DNA of 64,000 nucleotides from Escherichia coli (GTDB lineage Bacteria; Pseudomonadota; Gammaproteobacteria; Enterobacterales; Enterobacteriaceae): NCBI RefSeq assembly GCF_051903065.1, contig NZ_CP178438.1; one strand, 5' to 3'. Shown piece by piece: positions 59,782 to 64,000 of this stretch (position 1 is its first letter; each line of letters starts with the position of its first letter). The notes under the pieces were generated by a model. It saw only the letters and a program-made list of their open reading frames with translations, ran no database searches and was not told where the DNA came from. The position numbers and the translations under genes were made by a program.

Positions 59782-60083
59782 CCCGGTAAGAACAAAGCGC
59801 GTGAAAATTCCCCACGCTGAGATGGTTTACTGTCCTTCTTTTCGGTAAGCATATTTTTTATCGAAGGGATGTGAAATTAATCACAGTAGTCGAAGTTTTT
59901 TAGCAGCTTAACTTACTGAAATTTAACTACTGATGATTGACTTAGCCCCTTTTTCGGCATTGACTATGTCGTCTGAAAAGGGGCTGAAAAATTTATTTTC
60001 ACCAACACTTTTTTTGCCACAACACGAAGCGGCGCTTTTTGCTATAACTTAGAAAGTAATATAATCATCTCAGGAAACTATTC

Positions 60084-60752
60084 ATGCGTACCACATCATT
60101 TGCGAAAGTTGCAGCTTTATGCGGCTTGTTGGCTCTGTCTGGTTGTGCCTCTAAAATCACCCAGCCAGATAAATATTCTGGTTTTTTAAACAATTACTCT
60201 GATTTAAAAGAAACAACCTCAGCAACAGGTAAACCTGTTTTACGTTGGGTAGACCCGAGTTTTGATCAAAGCAAATATGACAGCATCGTCTGGAACCCAA
60301 TCACTTATTATCCGGTACCAAAACCTTCTACCCAGGTAGGGCAGAAAGTTCTGGATAAAATTTTGAACTATACCAACACCGAAATGAAAGAAGCGATAGC
60401 GCAGCGTAAACCAGTGGTTACCACCGCTGGGCCGCGTAGTCTGATTTTCCGTGGGGCCATTACCGGTGTAGATACCAGCAAAGAAGGGCTGCAATTCTAT
60501 GAAGTGGTTCCTGTTGCATTAGTGGTTGCGGGGACGCAAATGGCTACAGGCCACCGTACCATGGATACTCGCCTCTATTTTGAAGGTGAGCTGATTGATG
60601 CAGCGACTAATAAACCGGTTATCAAAGTCGTTCGTCAGGGCGAAGGTAAAGACCTGAATAACGAAAGTACGCCAATGGCTTTCGAAAATATTAAACAAGT
60701 TATTGATGACATGGCGACCGATGCCACCATGTTTGACGTTAACAAAAAGTAG
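60084..60752 (+). CDS. ydcL: DUF3313 lipoprotein
   Basis: 222-aa ORF with lipobox (LALSGCASK). Confidence 0.88.
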   Translation: MRTTSFAKVAALCGLLALSGCASKITQPDKYSGFLNNYSDLKETTSATGKPVLRWVDPSFDQSKYDSIVWNPITYYPVPKPSTQVGQKVLDKILNYTNTEMKEAIAQRKPVVTTAGPRSLIFRGAITGVDTSKEGLQFYEVVPVALVVAGTQMATGHRTMDTRLYFEGELIDAATNKPVIKVVRQGEGKDLNNESTPMAFENIKQVIDDMATDATMFDVNKK

Positions 60753-61048
60753 TTCCAGACGCGCCATCGTTAGATGGCGCTTTTTATCCGGTGCGCCGTA
60801 AAACCCCATCCTTCAGGGCGGGGATATAAGGCGCGGTTTTCCACCTGACCAGGTGTTTGCTGTTGTTCAATGTATTGGCGGATGACGGATATTGGCGCAC
60901 CTCCGCAGCTACTGGCAAAATAGCCAGGACTCCACAAAACGCCTTTGTAGTAATACCTGACTGCAATATCTGGTCGATCTCGTCGCAGTAACCTACCCGA
61001 TACGCCTTTGAGGCTGTTTACCAGACTGGATATCGCCAGTTTGGGAGG

Positions 61049-61276
61049 TTAGTTAATTAACAAATGGACGTGATCTGGTTCGCCATCCATTTCAACCAGT
61101 TCAGCTTCAAAATAAGCACATACATTTGAAAAGTAAGTGCGTAGTTTTTCTGTCGCGTCATGGTCAAAAATCTGGCGTCGGTATCTGGTGACAAAGACCA
61201 GGTGAACATGCATCAGGAAAACACAATGCCTTCCACGCCGGATATCGGTTTCTTTTTTCACAGACCAAAGTATCAT
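61049..61276 (-). pseudogene. insP: IS200-like Y1 (HUH) transposase TnpA, truncated after the HUH motif
   Basis: 75-aa ORF MILWSVKKETDIRRGRHCVFLMHVHLVFVTRYRRQIFDH...PDHVHLLIN*, about half the normal TnpA length. Confidence 0.7.
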
Positions 61277-61343
61277 TTGACCTGTGAAACGATTACAGGC
61301 ATTTAAATTCCAGTTAAGACCAGGTGGTCAACAGGAGTGTGAA

Positions 61344-62492
61344 ATGAGGCGCTTCGCAGGCGCATGTCGTTTCGTTTTCAATCGTGCTCTGGCACGTCAG
61401 AATGAGAATCATGAGGCCGGTAATAAATACATCCCTTACGGGAAAATGGCTTCCTGGCTGGTTGAGTGGAAAAATGCCACTGAAACGCAATGGCTTAAAG
61501 ATTCTCCCTCACAGCCATTGCAACAGTCACTGAAAGACCTTGAGCGGGCTTACAAAAACTTCTTCCGGAAGCGGGCTGCTTTTCCCCGATTCAAAAAGCG
61601 GGGACAGAATGATGCATTCCGCTACCCGCAGGGCGTTAAGCTCGATCAGGAAAACAGCCGTATTTTTCTGCCGAAACTGGGCTGGATGCGCTACCGGAAT
61701 AGCCGTCAGGTCACGGGTGTTGTGAAAAATGTCACTGTCAGCCAGTCCTGCGGTAAGTGGTACATCAGTATTCAGACAGAAAGTGAAGTATCCACTCCGG
61801 CTCACCCTTCAGCATCAATGGTCGGGCTGGATGCTGGCGTGGCTAAACTCGCCACGCTGTCAGATGGCACAGTCTTTGAGCCTGTAAACAGTTTTCAGAA
61901 AAACCAGAAGACGCTGGCGAGACTTCAGCGACAGTTAAGCCGCAAGGTCAAATTCAGCAACAACTGGCAGAAGCAGAAACGCAAAATACAGCGACTGCAT
62001 TCCTGTATCGCAAATATCCGCAGGGACTACCTTCACAAAGTCACAACGGCCGTCAGCAAAAACCACGCAATGATAGTCATTGAGGATTTGAAGGTCAGCA
62101 ACATGTCAAAGTCAGCAGCGGGTACGGTCAGCCAGCCGGGGCGCAATGTCCGGGCAAAATCAGGTTTAAACCGTTCGATACTGGATCAGGGCTGGTATGA
62201 AATGCGCCGCCAGCTTGAGTACAAGCAGCTCTGGCGTGGCGGTCAGGTGCTTGCTGTTCCGCCAGCGTATACAAGCCAGCGTTGCGCGTACTGTGGTCAT
62301 ACAGCGAAAGAGAACCGCCTGTCACAAAGTAAATTCAGATGCCAGGTATGTGGATATACAGCGAACGCCGATGTAAATGGCGCTCGTAACATTTTAGCGG
62401 CGGGGCACGCCGTTCTTGCCTGTGGAGAGATGGTGCAGTCAGGCCGCCCGTTGAAGCAGGAACCCACCGAAATGATTCAGGCGACAGCCTGA
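61344..62492 (+). CDS. insQ: TnpB (IS605 OrfB family RuvC-like nuclease)
   Basis: ORF 61284-62492 trimmed to [16 protein letters not shown] (382 aa) with AGGAG Shine-Dalgarno; C-terminal zinc finger CAYCGH...CQVCGY. Confidence 0.9.
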   Translation: MRRFAGACRFVFNRALARQNENHEAGNKYIPYGKMASWLVEWKNATETQWLKDSPSQPLQQSLKDLERAYKNFFRKRAAFPRFKKRGQNDAFRYPQGVKLDQENSRIFLPKLGWMRYRNSRQVTGVVKNVTVSQSCGKWYISIQTESEVSTPAHPSASMVGLDAGVAKLATLSDGTVFEPVNSFQKNQKTLARLQRQLSRKVKFSNNWQKQKRKIQRLHSCIANIRRDYLHKVTTAVSKNHAMIVIEDLKVSNMSKSAAGTVSQPGRNVRAKSGLNRSILDQGWYEMRRQLEYKQLWRGGQVLAVPPAYTSQRCAYCGHTAKENRLSQSKFRCQVCGYTANADVNGARNILAAGHAVLACGEMVQSGRPLKQEPTEMIQATA

Positions 62493-62531
62493 ACGTAGCA
62501 GGGATCCACGTCCTTCAGGGCGTGGAGGATG

Positions 62532-63707
62532 TCAATATCGGTTTCTGTCAGCGATTAAATTCAACACCACGTAACAAACACCTCCGGCAATTAATCCCCA
62601 AAACGCAGAACCAATCCCGACCAGCGTCAATCCACTTGCCGTTACCAGAAATGCCACCACCGCCGCGTCGCGCTCACGCTCATTATGCAGCGCCTGATAC
62701 AAACTGCCGCCAATGGTACTTAACAGCGCCAGACCTGCCAGCATCTGGATCCAACTTACGGGCAGGGCAGCCATCATCCCGGTAATGGCACTACCAAACA
62801 GACCTGCGAGCAAATAGAAAATGCCTGCAACGGCAGCTGCCAGCCAACGTTGATCTTTATCCGGATGCGCTTCCGGGTTTTGGCAAATAGCCGCGGTGAT
62901 TGCCGCAATACCGACTGAATAAACGCCGAAAGGGGAAAAAAACAGTGCCAGCAATCCAGTAAATACAATTAATGGCGAAACAGGAGTTGAATATCCGGCG
63001 GCTTTCATTGCTGCGATACCCGGTGCGTTTTGCGATGCCATCGTCACCAGAAAAAGGGGGAGTGCAACGCTCAGGCTGTGAGCAAACGAAAAATCAGGGG
63101 TAATATAAGAGGGGAGAACGGGTTTAAAAACAACATCAGTTGTGACAACGTCACCTTGCGCGATAACGATCACGATCCCAATAATCATCGCGGCAATTAC
63201 CGCATAGCGCGGCGCAACGGCCTTGGTTGCCAGCCATACCAGCAACATACTGCCACACAACGTAAATTGAGCGTCCAGACTGGCAAACGCCTGTAAACCA
63301 AAGCGTAATAAAATCCCGGCAAGCATTGCCGCCGCAAGCGAGTGCGGAATAATGCGCATCAGACGAGCAAAGAGTCCCGTTATGCCGCAGAGGACTATTA
63401 ACGCGTTGGTGACAATAAAAACGCCGATGGCTTCGTTAAGTGTTAGTCCCTGCAATCCGGTGACCAACAAAGCCGCGCCAGGCGTTGACCATGCGGTGAG
63501 AACAGGTACGCGATACCATAATGTCAGAGTCAGCGTACTGACGCCCATTGCCAGCCCCAGCGCCGTCATCCAGCCAGAGATTTGTGCAGTGGTGGCTCCG
63601 GCGACAATCGCTGCTTGCCAGATTATTGCCGCTGAACTGGCGTAGCCAATTAATACCGCCAGAAACCCCGCCAGTAGCGTGGGTGGAGGAACAGAAAACA
63701 GACGCAT
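62532..63707 (-). CDS. ydcO: BenE-family membrane transporter
   Basis: ORF 62532-63830 trimmed to MRLFSVPPPTLLAGFLAVLIGYASSAAIIWQAA (391 aa), polytopic. Confidence 0.88.
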   Translation of the reverse strand: MRLFSVPPPTLLAGFLAVLIGYASSAAIIWQAAIVAGATTAQISGWMTALGLAMGVSTLTLTLWYRVPVLTAWSTPGAALLVTGLQGLTLNEAIGVFIVTNALIVLCGITGLFARLMRIIPHSLAAAMLAGILLRFGLQAFASLDAQFTLCGSMLLVWLATKAVAPRYAVIAAMIIGIVIVIAQGDVVTTDVVFKPVLPSYITPDFSFAHSLSVALPLFLVTMASQNAPGIAAMKAAGYSTPVSPLIVFTGLLALFFSPFGVYSVGIAAITAAICQNPEAHPDKDQRWLAAAVAGIFYLLAGLFGSAITGMMAALPVSWIQMLAGLALLSTIGGSLYQALHNERERDAAVVAFLVTASGLTLVGIGSAFWGLIAGGVCYVVLNLIADRNRY

Positions 63708-63798
63708 AGTCACCTCGTGCGTTATAGCGTACAGGCACCGTAGCATTTGTCCGTTATAACGCACAAGTGATAAACTTCCGTTTTGCCGGAGGAGTCGC

Positions 63799-64000
63799 AT
63801 GGAAAATCTCGCTCGCTTTTTATCCACCACACTTAAACAACTACGTCAGCAGCGCGGCTGGAGTCTTTCGCGACTGGCAGAAGCGACGGGCGTTTCTAAA
63901 GCAATGTTAGGACAGATTGAGCGTAATGAGTCCAGCCCGACGGTCGCGACATTATGGAAAATTGCTACCGGGTTGAACGTGCCATTTTCGACATTTATTT
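63799..64000 (+). CDS. ydcN: XRE-family HTH regulator, N-terminal part (runs off the window end)
   Basis: MENLARFLSTTLKQLRQQRGWSLSRLAEATGVSKAMLGQIERNESSPTVATLWKIATGLNVPFSTF. Confidence 0.75.
   Translation, partial: MENLARFLSTTLKQLRQQRGWSLSRLAEATGVSKAMLGQIERNESSPTVATLWKIATGLNVPFSTFI

Larger units (their letters stand above)
60790..62530. mobile_element. IS200/IS605-family element (IS609-like): truncated tnpA plus intact tnpB; boundaries approximate
   Basis: Divergent tnpA remnant and tnpB; the same 12-nt motif TCCTTCAGGGCG occurs near both ends (60809-60820 and 62511-62522) inside imperfect palindromes, consistent with the subterminal hairpins of this family. Confidence 0.6.

Overview
This window reads as a contiguous Escherichia coli chromosomal segment matching the K-12 map order fnr-ogt-abgTBAR-smrA-dgcM-zntB-dbpA-ttcA ... 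tehAB-ydcL-IS609-ydcO-ydcN, with about 55 protein genes, five recognisable small RNAs (mcaS, fnrS, micC, rydC, sokB) and two insertion elements. I found no convincing novel multi-gene system; every long ORF is accounted for by a known E. coli gene, and all gene names are assigned from memory of protein sequences and gene order without any database search. The background does not look like K-12 itself: ttcA abuts uspF with no Rac prophage, ydbL abuts ydbA with no feaRB-tynA-paa island, gapC is an intact 333-codon ORF, and ydbA is split by a complete IS1 with a perfect 9-bp target duplication rather than IS2/IS30. Two genes, abgB and ydbD, carry single-site frame disruptions in homopolymer runs, which could be real pseudogenes or sequencing errors. 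The items most worth a second look are the cryptic ynbABCD lipid-enzyme operon, the IS609 remnant with an intact TnpB, a proline-rich small ORF upstream of dbpA, and the 12-unit coding tandem repeat in ydbA.
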